Assembly (NCBI GenBank): GCA_902537725.1
Contig: CACBCD010000005.1
Coordinates: forward strand, 279-64,278
Direction: 5' to 3'
Length of the DNA: 64,000 nt
From: an uncultured PS1 clade bacterium
Lineage (GTDB): Bacteria; Pseudomonadota; Alphaproteobacteria; MED-G09
In this document: piece by piece, positions 19,265-29,097 of the stretch
Layout of the letters: every line of letters begins with the position of its first letter
Position numbering within the stretch: the first letter of the stretch is position 1
Position numbers and translations under genes: made by a program
Notes under the pieces: generated by a model
The model's input: only the letters and a program-made list of their open reading frames with translations
What the model was told of the DNA's origin: nothing
Database searches by the model: none

Positions 19265-19347
19265 ACTTTATGTTTATAAAGGTAAGGCGTACCATTTTTA
19301 TTATCTTGTGCTCGCCACTTGTTTTGTCGTTTTGTAATACTAGCCAT
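19265..19347 (-). pseudogene. Remnant of a tyrosine integrase N-terminus (arm-binding domain)
   Basis: Minus-strand ATG at 19347 gives MASITKRQNKWRAQDNKNGTPYLYKHKV, which resembles MASIRKRGNSWQAQ-type integrase N-termini. The reading frame then runs into the 3' end of the REase gene. Confidence 0.3.
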
Positions 19348-19358
19348 GTCTTCCTCCC

Positions 19359-19380
19359 GTGCCATAATTGTGCCAAGAGG
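19359..19380 (+). promoter_or_regulatory. GTGCCA-N5-GTGCCAAGA motif (putative arm-type site or int promoter), right island end
   Basis: CGTGCCATAATTGTGCCAAGAGG, just upstream of the int remnant and 79 bp from the attR repeat. Confidence 0.35.
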
Positions 19381-19458
19381 CTTATCAACGTAATGAATAA
19401 AAGTTTGCCTATTGCTTTAAAACCGCTTCCATACTAAATAATGAGTATGAGAAATGGT

Positions 19459-19529
19459 GTAGCTCAACTGGTAGAGCACCTGATTTGTAATCAGGGGGTT
19501 GGGGGTTCAAGTCCCTCCGTCGGCACCAT
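19459..19529 (+). repeat. Direct repeat copy 2 (attR), a truncated tRNA-Thr 3' fragment
   Basis: Identical 71 bp to 6221-6291. Its 5' flank AATGGTG cannot pair with CGTCGGC, so it is not a functional tRNA. Confidence 0.85.
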
Positions 19530-19560
19530 AAATATTTTTTAAAATTTTGGTATCAATCAT

Positions 19561-20481
19561 ATGCAATCATTTAAAGATAAAGTCGCAGTCATAACGGGGG
19601 CTGGATCGGGAATGGGTCAACAACTGGCTATTAATCTCGCAAAAGAAAATTGTAATCTTGTTATTTGCGATATTAACAAAAAAACAATCCAAGAAACTGA
19701 GGAAATTATAAGAAATTATAATGTCTCATGTACTGCATTAAATTTAGATTTAAGAGATGATAAAAATATCAAAACACTTTTAGAAACAACACTTAAAAAT
19801 TATAATAAGGTTGATTTATTATTTAATAATGCAGGTGTAGTTGCTCCATCATCTTTTCTAAATTTATCGGTAGAGGTTTGGGATTGGTGTAATGATATAA
19901 ATTATAATGCACTTGTAAAACTATCCAGGATTTTTTTACCACATCTAATAAAAAGTGATGAAGGCGCGTTAATAAATACCTCTTCAATTTTTGGTATTAT
20001 AACAACTCCAAACAATACAGTTTATCACTCTTCAAAATTTGCAGTTAGAGGTTTTACCGAAAGTCTGGCAATGGAATTAAGAGATGAAAAAATTCAGATT
20101 CACTCAGTTTATCCAGGTCATATTGGAACTAATATCGTTTTAGATGCAAAATTTGATAAAGATTTTTTGACAGCAGAAAATGAAAATAAAAACAATCCTG
20201 ATGGTAACCCTATAACAATTCAAGAGTTTGGTTCAACTTTTAAAGATACAGGCATGAATCCCAATAAAGCTGCAAAAATTATTTTAAAAGGAGTAAAAAG
20301 AAATAAAAAAAGAATTTTTGTAGGCTTGGATGCAAAAGTTATGGAAATTGCCCAAAGATTAGCACCTTCGCACTTCATGAAATTAATACCATTTTTAAAT
20401 CTTCTTATTTTTCCTTATTTTATTAAAAGATTAAAAATGACAAGAGTATTAATCTCGATTGCTAAAGGCAGAAAAAGTTAA
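19561..20481 (+). CDS. Short-chain dehydrogenase/reductase (SDR)
   Basis: TGAGSGMG Rossmann motif and YxxxK active site. Confidence 0.75.
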   Translation: MQSFKDKVAVITGAGSGMGQQLAINLAKENCNLVICDINKKTIQETEEIIRNYNVSCTALNLDLRDDKNIKTLLETTLKNYNKVDLLFNNAGVVAPSSFLNLSVEVWDWCNDINYNALVKLSRIFLPHLIKSDEGALINTSSIFGIITTPNNTVYHSSKFAVRGFTESLAMELRDEKIQIHSVYPGHIGTNIVLDAKFDKDFLTAENENKNNPDGNPITIQEFGSTFKDTGMNPNKAAKIILKGVKRNKKRIFVGLDAKVMEIAQRLAPSHFMKLIPFLNLLIFPYFIKRLKMTRVLISIAKGRKS

Positions 20482-21455
20482 CTATTTAAAAATCTGCCAA
20501 GTCTATTGTTAATGATTTCCTCAGATTCTGACATAATTTGATCAATTAATTCTTTGCATGTTGGAATATCATTAATCAACCCAGCGACCATTCCGCATGA
20601 CCAAGCACCAGATTCTGGTTCACCATCATTCATAACCTTTGGATAAACACCAGCTACCTCATCAATGATATCTTCAAATTTTAAATCAGCACCTAAATCC
20701 TTCTCTTTTTGAAGTAATTTCTCAACAGCTGGATTATTTAATACACGTTCGGTATTTCTTAACGGTCTCATAACTAGTCTAGTATCAAGTTCACTTGCAT
20801 TTAAAATTGCCTGCTTTACATTTTCATGAACAGGAGCTTCTTTTGTAGCAATAAATCTAGTACCCATATTCATACCCTCTGCACCCATGGATAAAGCTCC
20901 AACCAAACTTCTTGCATCAGCCATTCCACCTGATGCTACAAAGGGTATTTCTAGTTCTTCAGCAGCCCTAGGAAGAAGAATAAAATTCGGAACATCATCC
21001 TCACCTGGATGTCCACCGCATTCAAAACCATCTACAGAAACAGCATCACAGCCAATCGACTGGGCTTTTAGGGAGTGACGAACAGAAGTACATTTATGAA
21101 TAACTTTAATACCAGCGTCCTTAAGCATTGGCAGATATTGTGCAGGATTATTTCCTGCTGTTTCCACTACTTTAATGCCAGCATCGATAATTACTTCAAA
21201 TAAAGCAGGGTAATCCGGTGGATTAAGTGTAGGAAGAAAAGTCATATTAACACCAATTGGTTTATCAGTCATTTCTTTACATCTGGCGATTTCTGCAGCT
21301 AATTTTTCTGGAGTGCCCTGAGTTAATCCTGTTATTATTCCCAGTCCGCCTGCATTTGATACCGCAGCAGCCATTTCTGCCAATCCAACAAAATGCATTC
21401 CACCTTGAATAATTGGGTGCTCAATCTCAAAAAGCTCTGTGATACGTGTTTTCAT
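20478..21455 (-). CDS. Nitronate monooxygenase / FMN-dependent enoyl reductase family protein
   Basis: NMO family signature GGMHFVGLAEMAAAVSNAGGLG. Confidence 0.7.
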   Translation of the reverse strand: MKTRITELFEIEHPIIQGGMHFVGLAEMAAAVSNAGGLGIITGLTQGTPEKLAAEIARCKEMTDKPIGVNMTFLPTLNPPDYPALFEVIIDAGIKVVETAGNNPAQYLPMLKDAGIKVIHKCTSVRHSLKAQSIGCDAVSVDGFECGGHPGEDDVPNFILLPRAAEELEIPFVASGGMADARSLVGALSMGAEGMNMGTRFIATKEAPVHENVKQAILNASELDTRLVMRPLRNTERVLNNPAVEKLLQKEKDLGADLKFEDIIDEVAGVYPKVMNDGEPESGAWSCGMVAGLINDIPTCKELIDQIMSESEEIINNRLGRFLNS

Positions 21456-21469
21456 TGTTTTTTCCTTTA

Positions 21470-22669
21470 TTAATCAAATAGTGATGGAAGATCTTTATCA
21501 GATGTATTCAAAATTTTATCAACCCAGCCATGGAAACATTGACCACCGCCTTCATTTTTTCCAAACATTACATCCTTAATCATACCTGTTTTGAGTGATT
21601 TTTGTAATTTAATTCCCGTTGAATAATCTTCCTCTCTCACAACATATTCAAGAAGATCAAATTGTTTTTCTGCTTCAATCTCCTGTTCTTTTGTTGGTTT
21701 TTTTTCCATTAAGTAATATTGCGTTGTATATGAGTCTTCAGGTGTTTCTCCAGGCATAAGTTGGGATAGCATGATTGAACGACCTCCACCTCTAAATGAG
21801 GCAATTGATACATTTGGAAATATTGTCCAAACCCCTGCCATAAGCATATCCATCGGCCAATCTTCAATAGGTAATTCTGGATCAGCCTCAAGAACTCCTC
21901 CTTCTTCTGAAGATGATATTCTTGCAAGCGGTGAAACAACTCTTTGATGAGGTCCCCACTCATAATAATTTGCTTTATTAGAAATTTCTTTACCGAAAGT
22001 TTCGCTATGTAAAATAGGAAGATGATATAAATCTAAATACCCATCATATGCAACTTTCCAGTTAGGTCCTTTTAAAACACGTGTACTAAAAACATGCCAA
22101 TTCTTTAAATCAAATAAATCTAACATTTCATCGTAACCGGATAGAAATTTTTCCATATTTACATTTGATTCGGAATTTAAGATAACCCATATAATTCCAG
22201 CTTTCTCTAAAACTGGAAGAGATACTAAGCTATTACAATCCTTTTCTAAATTACCGAAGTCCTCTTGAGATGTAATACCTATAAGAGAGCCATCTTCATT
22301 ATATGTCCATCCATGGTAGGGACAGCTGAACCTTTTTTTATTACCAATTCCTTCCTCAACCAAAGCAGCCCCCCTGTGAACACATGCATTGAGGTAAGCT
22401 TTAACTTCATTTTTTGAATTCCTAACAATTAAAACTGGGACACCCAATGCCTCTATAGCTTTATAATCGCCGGCATTTGGAATTTCTTGTGATACCCCCA
22501 AAACTAGAGGTAATCTTTTAAAAATAAGATTAACCTCTTTATTCCATCTCTCTTGATCAAAATAATTAGATGCAGGTATTTTAACGATATTTTCGACTAA
22601 CTCCATTGTACCAGCATCGGCATGCCTTTTATTATTTAAGGCCATATCTAAAAGCTTTTCTTTACTCAT
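21470..22669 (-). CDS. Rieske [2Fe-2S] aromatic-ring-hydroxylating oxygenase alpha subunit
   Basis: CVHRG...CPYHGW Rieske motif plus a catalytic domain. Confidence 0.75.
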   Translation of the reverse strand: MSKEKLLDMALNNKRHADAGTMELVENIVKIPASNYFDQERWNKEVNLIFKRLPLVLGVSQEIPNAGDYKAIEALGVPVLIVRNSKNEVKAYLNACVHRGAALVEEGIGNKKRFSCPYHGWTYNEDGSLIGITSQEDFGNLEKDCNSLVSLPVLEKAGIIWVILNSESNVNMEKFLSGYDEMLDLFDLKNWHVFSTRVLKGPNWKVAYDGYLDLYHLPILHSETFGKEISNKANYYEWGPHQRVVSPLARISSSEEGGVLEADPELPIEDWPMDMLMAGVWTIFPNVSIASFRGGGRSIMLSQLMPGETPEDSYTTQYYLMEKKPTKEQEIEAEKQFDLLEYVVREEDYSTGIKLQKSLKTGMIKDVMFGKNEGGGQCFHGWVDKILNTSDKDLPSLFD

Positions 22670-22742
22670 TTAACTCTCCACAAATAGTAATAAATACAAA
22701 AAAAACAACATAATCAATGTTAAAAAATTTATAATTATAATT

Positions 22743-23522
22743 TTATGCCCTTTTTATTGTTAAACCTCCGTCTACAGCTAAAACAGCTCCGGTAATAAAT
22801 GATGATGAAGGAAGACAAAAATTTAATGTAGCATGGGCAACCTCTTCAGGGTCACCATATCTTCTTAACGGAACTCTTCTTTTTGAATAAACTTCTTTAT
22901 CTTTATCAGGTATTTTTTCTGTCATAGCTGTATTTATTGGACCAGGGCAAATACAATTTACTGTTATACCTTTTTTACCTAATTCAACCGCTAAAGAACG
23001 AGTTAAGCCTATAACACCATGCTTAGCAGATGTATATGGAGAGTGCATTGGTGAAGCACCTAAACCCTCTGTTGAGGAAATATTTACAATTCTTGGTGTA
23101 TTAGACTTTTCTATAAATGGAAGGCACTCTCTAATAAGAACTGCTTGACCTTTAAGTAAAACATTATGAGTTTTATCCCAATATACTTCAAAATCGTCAT
23201 TATCAATTGAGGTTGGAAGTGCTATTCCAGCGTTATTAATTAAAATATCAATCAGACCATATTTATTAGTTATTTTTTTAACTACATCCTGAATATTTTT
23301 TTTGTCAGAAATATCTAAAACATAGCCCTCTGCATCACTTTCATTTTTTTTAATTTTATCTACAACATTATCGACTGAATATTGATTAAGATCAGAGACT
23401 ATTACGACCGCCCCTTCATCTGAAAAAAGCTCAGCTGTAGCCCTACCCATTCCACTAGCAGCACCAGTAACCAAAACAATTTTTCCTTTTATTGAACGAG
23501 AAAACTTTGATAAACGACTCAT
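22743..23522 (-). CDS. SDR family oxidoreductase
   Basis: VTGAASGMG, NNAG, YxxxK. Confidence 0.75.
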   Translation of the reverse strand: MSRLSKFSRSIKGKIVLVTGAASGMGRATAELFSDEGAVVIVSDLNQYSVDNVVDKIKKNESDAEGYVLDISDKKNIQDVVKKITNKYGLIDILINNAGIALPTSIDNDDFEVYWDKTHNVLLKGQAVLIRECLPFIEKSNTPRIVNISSTEGLGASPMHSPYTSAKHGVIGLTRSLAVELGKKGITVNCICPGPINTAMTEKIPDKDKEVYSKRRVPLRRYGDPEEVAHATLNFCLPSSSFITGAVLAVDGGLTIKRA

Positions 23523-23665
23523 TTTCCATCCAACTTATCTAAAACCTTTACCACTGCAAAAAGAATGCCTATTGCAACTAAAACACCAAACATCGATAGT
23601 AAAAAACCAAACAAAGAAATCTCCTAAAATTAAGATTACTAGAGAATTTTTGTCATATCAAATGT

Positions 23666-24802
23666 TTAACTAGCTAATTTTAGTATTTGAATTATGTCGT
23701 CCTTTTTATTAATTGGCTTTGGGTTGGACTGAACTGTAGGATGATTAAGACCATATTCCGCTATTTTATCCCATTGACTTTCCTTGATGCCAACCTCTTC
23801 AAGCGTTTTTGGTAAGCCAAGATCCGAAATCAATTCACTTACAGCCTCAGAAGCTGATAGATTTGGCCTGCCTAGAGCATTTGCAATCCATTTTTGTTTT
23901 TCTTTATTATGACTTTCGTTCCATTTTAAAACTGCAGGTAACATTACACATGATGTGTGTCCATGAGGTACAGATCCAATTGAGCCAAGAAGATAACCAA
24001 TTCCATGACTAGCTCCCATAGGAGTATTCCCTAAATTTTTTGCAATCATCCACACTGCTTTTTGTGATAAGGACCTAGAAATAATATCATCTCTATCTTT
24101 ATAAGTACCTCTTAATGAACTTCCAAATAATTGAAGTGAATTAAGAGCCATTGGTGGTATAAGTGGATTTGTAGAGTTTGCACAAAGTCCCTCAACGGCA
24201 TGGTCCACAGATCTAATAGCTGTTGATAACCAAAGCCAGTCAGGTGTATGAAGGGTTATTGCAGGATCAAGTATAACTACTTGAGGGCATATGTCATCAC
24301 CTGAATATCTCTCTTTAAGCTGAATTTTTGAATCCATAGCACCACCAATAATAGAGTATTCTCCTCCAGACAAAGTTGTTGGAATAGCAATTTGTCTAAT
24401 TTTTGATTTAATTTTTTGATGCTTATTAGATATTTTTTTTAATTCATCGACGGAATTTATCCCAAGAGAATAACATAATTGAACAACTTTTACTGTATCT
24501 ATTGGCGTACCTCCACCAACAGTAATTATTATATCGGGTGAATATTTTTGTACTTTATTTGCGCATTCAATAACATTCTCTAAAGGTGAGTGCGCAATGC
24601 AATTATCAAATAAACCAACAAATTTTTTACCCAAATTATCTATTACTTTACTAATTTCGTCAGTTTTTTTTGATAGTGTAGATGAAGAAACAATAAAAAC
24701 TTTTTTAGCATTTAATCTTTCTATCTCGCTTTCAATTGCTTCCAGAGATGGAGTATCCCAAATTACTCTATCTAAGGGACTATATGTGTAAACATTATTC
24801 AT
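23666..24802 (-). CDS. Iron-containing alcohol dehydrogenase
   Basis: Fe-ADH fold motifs GGGTPIDT and the His cluster. Confidence 0.7.
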   Translation of the reverse strand: MNNVYTYSPLDRVIWDTPSLEAIESEIERLNAKKVFIVSSSTLSKKTDEISKVIDNLGKKFVGLFDNCIAHSPLENVIECANKVQKYSPDIIITVGGGTPIDTVKVVQLCYSLGINSVDELKKISNKHQKIKSKIRQIAIPTTLSGGEYSIIGGAMDSKIQLKERYSGDDICPQVVILDPAITLHTPDWLWLSTAIRSVDHAVEGLCANSTNPLIPPMALNSLQLFGSSLRGTYKDRDDIISRSLSQKAVWMIAKNLGNTPMGASHGIGYLLGSIGSVPHGHTSCVMLPAVLKWNESHNKEKQKWIANALGRPNLSASEAVSELISDLGLPKTLEEVGIKESQWDKIAEYGLNHPTVQSNPKPINKKDDIIQILKLAS

Positions 24803-24827
24803 ATCTTTTTGCTGGTATACAAATCAT

Positions 24828-25916
24828 TTATTTATCTGAAATAAATAAACCAATTTTATCAATTGCCTCATTAGCCTCAGGAAGAAAAGGTGCATAACCA
24901 TGAAAAACGTGTACCATATCGTCCCATATTTCTAAAGTTACATCACAACCATAAGATTTCGCCCTTTCTTCTATTTTTTTAGAGTCATCTAGTAAAACTT
25001 CTCTTGAGCCAACCTGAATCAAAATAGGCGGAAATCCATCAAAATTTCCATAAACAGGTGATGCGTAAGGATTCTTTAATTCTGACTCATCATTAATATA
25101 GATATCCCTAAAAGCTGAAATAGCCTCTTTTGTTATGTATGGATCTAGGGATTTATTTACCTCATATGAACTAGAAACAGGATCTAATTCTGCCCAAGGA
25201 GATAGAGGAATTACAGCATTTGGCAGTGCCATATTGCTGTCTTTCAATGCCAAAGTAACTCCTAAAGCTAAACCACCACCAGCAGAGTCACCACATATAA
25301 AAGATTTTTTCGCATTTTGTTTTCCATCAGGACCATTTTCTAACATCCAATTAAATGCCTTTTTTGAGTCTTCAATAGCTGCTGGAAACTTATTTTCTGG
25401 AGCCAAACTATAGTCTATAACCAAAACAGAGCAATCAGTAGCTTTTGCTATTTGACTAGTTAGGGATAAATAACCTCTTATTGAGCCAATCGCATAACCA
25501 CCACCATGTAAGTACAAAATTCTTTTATCTGGATCTGAATTTTCAGTAGTAACCCATTGCGCATAAATACCGTCAGCAACAACTGGTGAATTTTTTCCAA
25601 TTTTTTTAATACTATCATCGGCTGAAAAATAGTCATCATTAGTATAACGAAAGTGCTTCATTCCAATGCTTTCATCATTTATTGAGAAAAAGGTTTTTAC
25701 AAGATTCTCTTGATGGCTATAAACTATTTTACTCTGTAAAGAGCTACTTTTTCTCTGTTGTGCAACAGGATAACCCCTATACAATCGACCTTTTTTATTT
25801 TTATTTTCAGAGTTATTTTCGCTTCTAATAAATATAATTATTACTGCAATAGCAGTGGATGAAAGTATAAATGCACAACTCCATCCAAAAATTAAACCCA
25901 CCATTATTAAGTCCAT
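24828..25916 (-). CDS. Alpha/beta-hydrolase esterase/lipase (HSL family), membrane-anchored
   Basis: HGGGY oxyanion motif, GDSAGG nucleophile elbow, N-terminal transmembrane segment. Confidence 0.75.
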   Translation of the reverse strand: MDLIMVGLIFGWSCAFILSSTAIAVIIIFIRSENNSENKNKKGRLYRGYPVAQQRKSSSLQSKIVYSHQENLVKTFFSINDESIGMKHFRYTNDDYFSADDSIKKIGKNSPVVADGIYAQWVTTENSDPDKRILYLHGGGYAIGSIRGYLSLTSQIAKATDCSVLVIDYSLAPENKFPAAIEDSKKAFNWMLENGPDGKQNAKKSFICGDSAGGGLALGVTLALKDSNMALPNAVIPLSPWAELDPVSSSYEVNKSLDPYITKEAISAFRDIYINDESELKNPYASPVYGNFDGFPPILIQVGSREVLLDDSKKIEERAKSYGCDVTLEIWDDMVHVFHGYAPFLPEANEAIDKIGLFISDK

Positions 25917-25942
25917 TGCTCTCTCCTTAAATCTTTTTTATA

Positions 25943-26671
25943 TTATGATAGACTCATACCGCCATCCACTGTTAACATTTGACCTGTTACATAAGAAGCC
26001 TCTTCACTACTTAAAAAACAACATACTTCTCCCATATCTTCAGGAGAACCCCACCTTCGTAATGGTATACTCTTTAGAGAATTCTCATATCTTTTTTCAT
26101 TGCCAAAAGTAACCTCTGTAAGTTTTGTTGCAACATAACCAGGGGCAATACCATTTACTCTAATTCCATCCCTAGCCCATGCTTCAGCAAGGGTTTTAAT
26201 AAGAGTCAAAAGCCCTCCCTTTGATGCAGAATATGCGGGATTTCCTCTAACAGCATGAAAACTCGCACCAGAACCTATAATAACAATAGAACCATTATTT
26301 TTTGATAAATTTTGATGAAAAAATGTACATGATGCCATCACTGAATTTAAATTAAGATCAACAACTTTCTTAAAAGTCTCCATTTCAAATTCCTTTTGAT
26401 TATAAGCAACAATTCCCTGCGAACAGACTAAAGTATTTATATCATTGAATGGTAAAGATAGCTTTTCTAAATTTTCATGTTCAGATAAATCCAATTTTTT
26501 ATAGATACATTTTTTAATATTATCAGATATTTCCTCATCATAATCATTTATGCTATCTCTTGTGCCAGTAATGCATACATTTGCACCTTTATCGATATAG
26601 GAAGAAGCTATACCCCTTCCTATTCCACTACTTCCTCCAATGACAATTATATTTTTATTTTTATAATTCAT
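25943..26671 (-). CDS. SDR family oxidoreductase
   Basis: IVIGGSSGIGRG. The longest ORF (to 26737) overlaps the upstream gene by 56 nt, so the start is more likely the internal Met at MNYKNKNIIVIGG. Confidence 0.65.
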   Translation of the reverse strand: MNYKNKNIIVIGGSSGIGRGIASSYIDKGANVCITGTRDSINDYDEEISDNIKKCIYKKLDLSEHENLEKLSLPFNDINTLVCSQGIVAYNQKEFEMETFKKVVDLNLNSVMASCTFFHQNLSKNNGSIVIIGSGASFHAVRGNPAYSASKGGLLTLIKTLAEAWARDGIRVNGIAPGYVATKLTEVTFGNEKRYENSLKSIPLRRWGSPEDMGEVCCFLSSEEASYVTGQMLTVDGGMSLS

Positions 26672-26681
26672 TTTATTTCCA

Positions 26682-27446
26682 TTACGCCGAATAACCTCCA
26701 TCGACTGGTAAAGATTGACCACTAATATATCCAGCATTTTTGGATGCTAAAAATACTACTGTATCAAATAGTTCTTCTGGAGCACCAGCTCTTCCAAGAG
26801 GAACTTGATTCATCCATTGATCTAAAATTCCACCTGGAGGGGAGTCAATTTCTTGTGAAAGTCCAACAGCTATTAACCCAACGGCTACACAATTAGCCCT
26901 TATACCATGGTGACCTTCTTCTCTGGCTATTGCTGTACACAAATGTTGAACTCCAGATTTAGGAATGGAGGATAGCCCATCTGTACTGATATATCTATGA
27001 ATTGCGGCTGTTGTTAAAGCTGTTATGGACCCGCCTCCACCTTCTTTAAGGATTGGAACTACTGCTTTAAGAACATGATAAAAACCTTTAATATCAGCAT
27101 CTAAAGTATAATAAACATCCTCAGGTTTTGCCTCTAAAACTGGCATAATATGCAAAAAAGGACCTGTTGCAAAAATTACTGAATGAATTTTTCCAAATTT
27201 ATCTTTTGCTTGATTAGAGAATTTTTCAACAGCTTTTAAATCAAGAAGATCAACGCTTCCAATTAATCCATCTCTTCCTATTTTTTGTATATTAGTTAAA
27301 TTACTTTCGGCGCTTTCTTTATTTTTAAAATATGTAAATGCTACATCGCTTCCACTCTCAGCAAGCAGATTTACAATCCCTGTGCCAAGGCCACCAGAGC
27401 CTCCAAAAACCAATGCGGCCCCATCAGAAAATCTATATTTCGTCAT
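26682..27446 (-). CDS. SDR family oxidoreductase
   Basis: GGSGGLG Rossmann motif. Confidence 0.7.
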   Translation of the reverse strand: MTKYRFSDGAALVFGGSGGLGTGIVNLLAESGSDVAFTYFKNKESAESNLTNIQKIGRDGLIGSVDLLDLKAVEKFSNQAKDKFGKIHSVIFATGPFLHIMPVLEAKPEDVYYTLDADIKGFYHVLKAVVPILKEGGGGSITALTTAAIHRYISTDGLSSIPKSGVQHLCTAIAREEGHHGIRANCVAVGLIAVGLSQEIDSPPGGILDQWMNQVPLGRAGAPEELFDTVVFLASKNAGYISGQSLPVDGGYSA

Positions 27447-27508
27447 TTATTTCTCCCTTTTCACAATGTAATAAAATCATAAAAAACCTATGCTTAAAAG
27501 CATTAAAT

Positions 27509-28543
27509 CTAAGAAACAATTATATCATTTGGATTGGTCTCAAATGAATTCATTAAAACCTCTTTTATTGCAGGAGCGGCTAAAATTTTCTCTTCTGCAT
27601 CTTTTGAAACAGCATTACCCTGATGAAACCTGTTTTCTATACCTTTGAGAATACAGAAAAGCTTTATTAGTGAAAATATGCATGCATTTCTTAGTAAATG
27701 AATATCTACTTCTTTTTTATATGAATTTTCATACCATAATAAAAAATCACTTGCCGATGGCAGACCGTTCTCCTTCCAGTCTCCTCCTATCCCATACAAA
27801 ATTCCAGATGGTATCAACCAGTTTATAATTTGAAAACTTATGTCAACTAGAGGTTCACCAAACGAAGATAATTCCCAATCAAGAACAGCCTTACATTTCT
27901 TATCATGACCAATAATGGTATTGTCTAACTTAAAGTCGCCATGTAAAAGAGATAAATCACCATCTGAAGGTAATTTAGTTAAAATATTCTTATAAATTTT
28001 TTCAATTTCTTTATCTTTTATAGACTCATCATGAAAAATTTGATCATACCAAAGTGATAAATTTCTTTTCATAAATCCATGATTTTTTTTAAAAGGAAGA
28101 TTCAATTCGTTAATATCATAACTATGAAGTTTTCCTAAAACTTCAGCTAGAGATTTGTATATTTTTTTTTTATTTTCAAGGTTTTCATTCGGTAGAAAAG
28201 GATCAAAATTAATATCACCATCTTCGAAGTTCATCACGTAAAACATTCTTCCAATTAACTCTGAATTATCACATAAAACAAAGGGTTCCGGAGCCTCAAA
28301 ACTTTCATTTGATAATGCCTTTAGGACAAAATATTCTCGATCAACTCTATGAGCACCTCTGGCTAAATTACCAGTTGGTTGAGTTCTTAATACCTTAAAA
28401 TTATTTTCATTGTCTCTTATCAAGAAGGTAGGGTTAGATTGTCCATCGCCTATTGACTTAGGACTAAAATTTTTATCTACAAAAAAATTTTCTAATGACA
28501 AAAATTCAATGATTTTTTCAAAGTCACTTTGATCAAGATCCAT
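27509..28543 (-). CDS. Phosphotransferase (APH/choline-kinase-like) family protein
   Basis: HGDFKLDN catalytic loop. Confidence 0.65.
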   Translation of the reverse strand: MDLDQSDFEKIIEFLSLENFFVDKNFSPKSIGDGQSNPTFLIRDNENNFKVLRTQPTGNLARGAHRVDREYFVLKALSNESFEAPEPFVLCDNSELIGRMFYVMNFEDGDINFDPFLPNENLENKKKIYKSLAEVLGKLHSYDINELNLPFKKNHGFMKRNLSLWYDQIFHDESIKDKEIEKIYKNILTKLPSDGDLSLLHGDFKLDNTIIGHDKKCKAVLDWELSSFGEPLVDISFQIINWLIPSGILYGIGGDWKENGLPSASDFLLWYENSYKKEVDIHLLRNACIFSLIKLFCILKGIENRFHQGNAVSKDAEEKILAAPAIKEVLMNSFETNPNDIIVS

Positions 28544-29039
28544 TATTGTTTATCTCTAAATATTGATTTTCAGCATTTAAAAACATTAATTCATAAAGAT
28601 TCTCGAACATCTGAGTCATTTCTACAGGGGAAGAACTCTTATCAATCCAATTACTTGAAATAGAAGATTCGGTCTGTTTTTGGGAAACTTCTCTAAATTC
28701 GATGTTAGCTATATAATTTTTAACGGGAAGACATGAAGTATCTACAATAGAATATACAAAAAAACTTTCGTCATACATTGCTTCAAGTCTCTCTATAATC
28801 TCTCCTGGATATTTTTGTTTTTTTCCAAGAGTTAAATATCGCAATGAACCTATATCGTTGCTCTCACATTTTACTTCATCTATTATTGGAGGGGGAAGAA
28901 GAGAGCCAATATTTTTAAAATCAGTCATTCTTTTCCATAAATAACTTTTAGGAACATTAACAATTCTTTTGTGATTTACGGATTTAATAATCATAGTCAT
29001 AGAGCTCCATTTAAAAATATTGCAAGTTATATTACCCAT
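28533..29039 (-). CDS. SRPBCC (polyketide cyclase/START-like) hypothetical protein
   Basis: Weak resemblance to Bet v1-like fold proteins; 168 aa. Confidence 0.35.
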   Translation of the reverse strand: MGNITCNIFKWSSMTMIIKSVNHKRIVNVPKSYLWKRMTDFKNIGSLLPPPIIDEVKCESNDIGSLRYLTLGKKQKYPGEIIERLEAMYDESFFVYSIVDTSCLPVKNYIANIEFREVSQKQTESSISSNWIDKSSSPVEMTQMFENLYELMFLNAENQYLEINNNGS

Positions 29040-29097
29040 GATATGTTATTTATTATTTAAAAAAAATAATAATAATAAAAATTTTGGGGATGATAAA

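Noticed and set aside
19459-19534. Second tRNA-Thr(UGU) gene
   Set aside because: The 5' flank (AATGGTG) cannot form an acceptor stem with the 3' strand CGTCGGC. It is a truncated att-repeat copy, not a functional tRNA.
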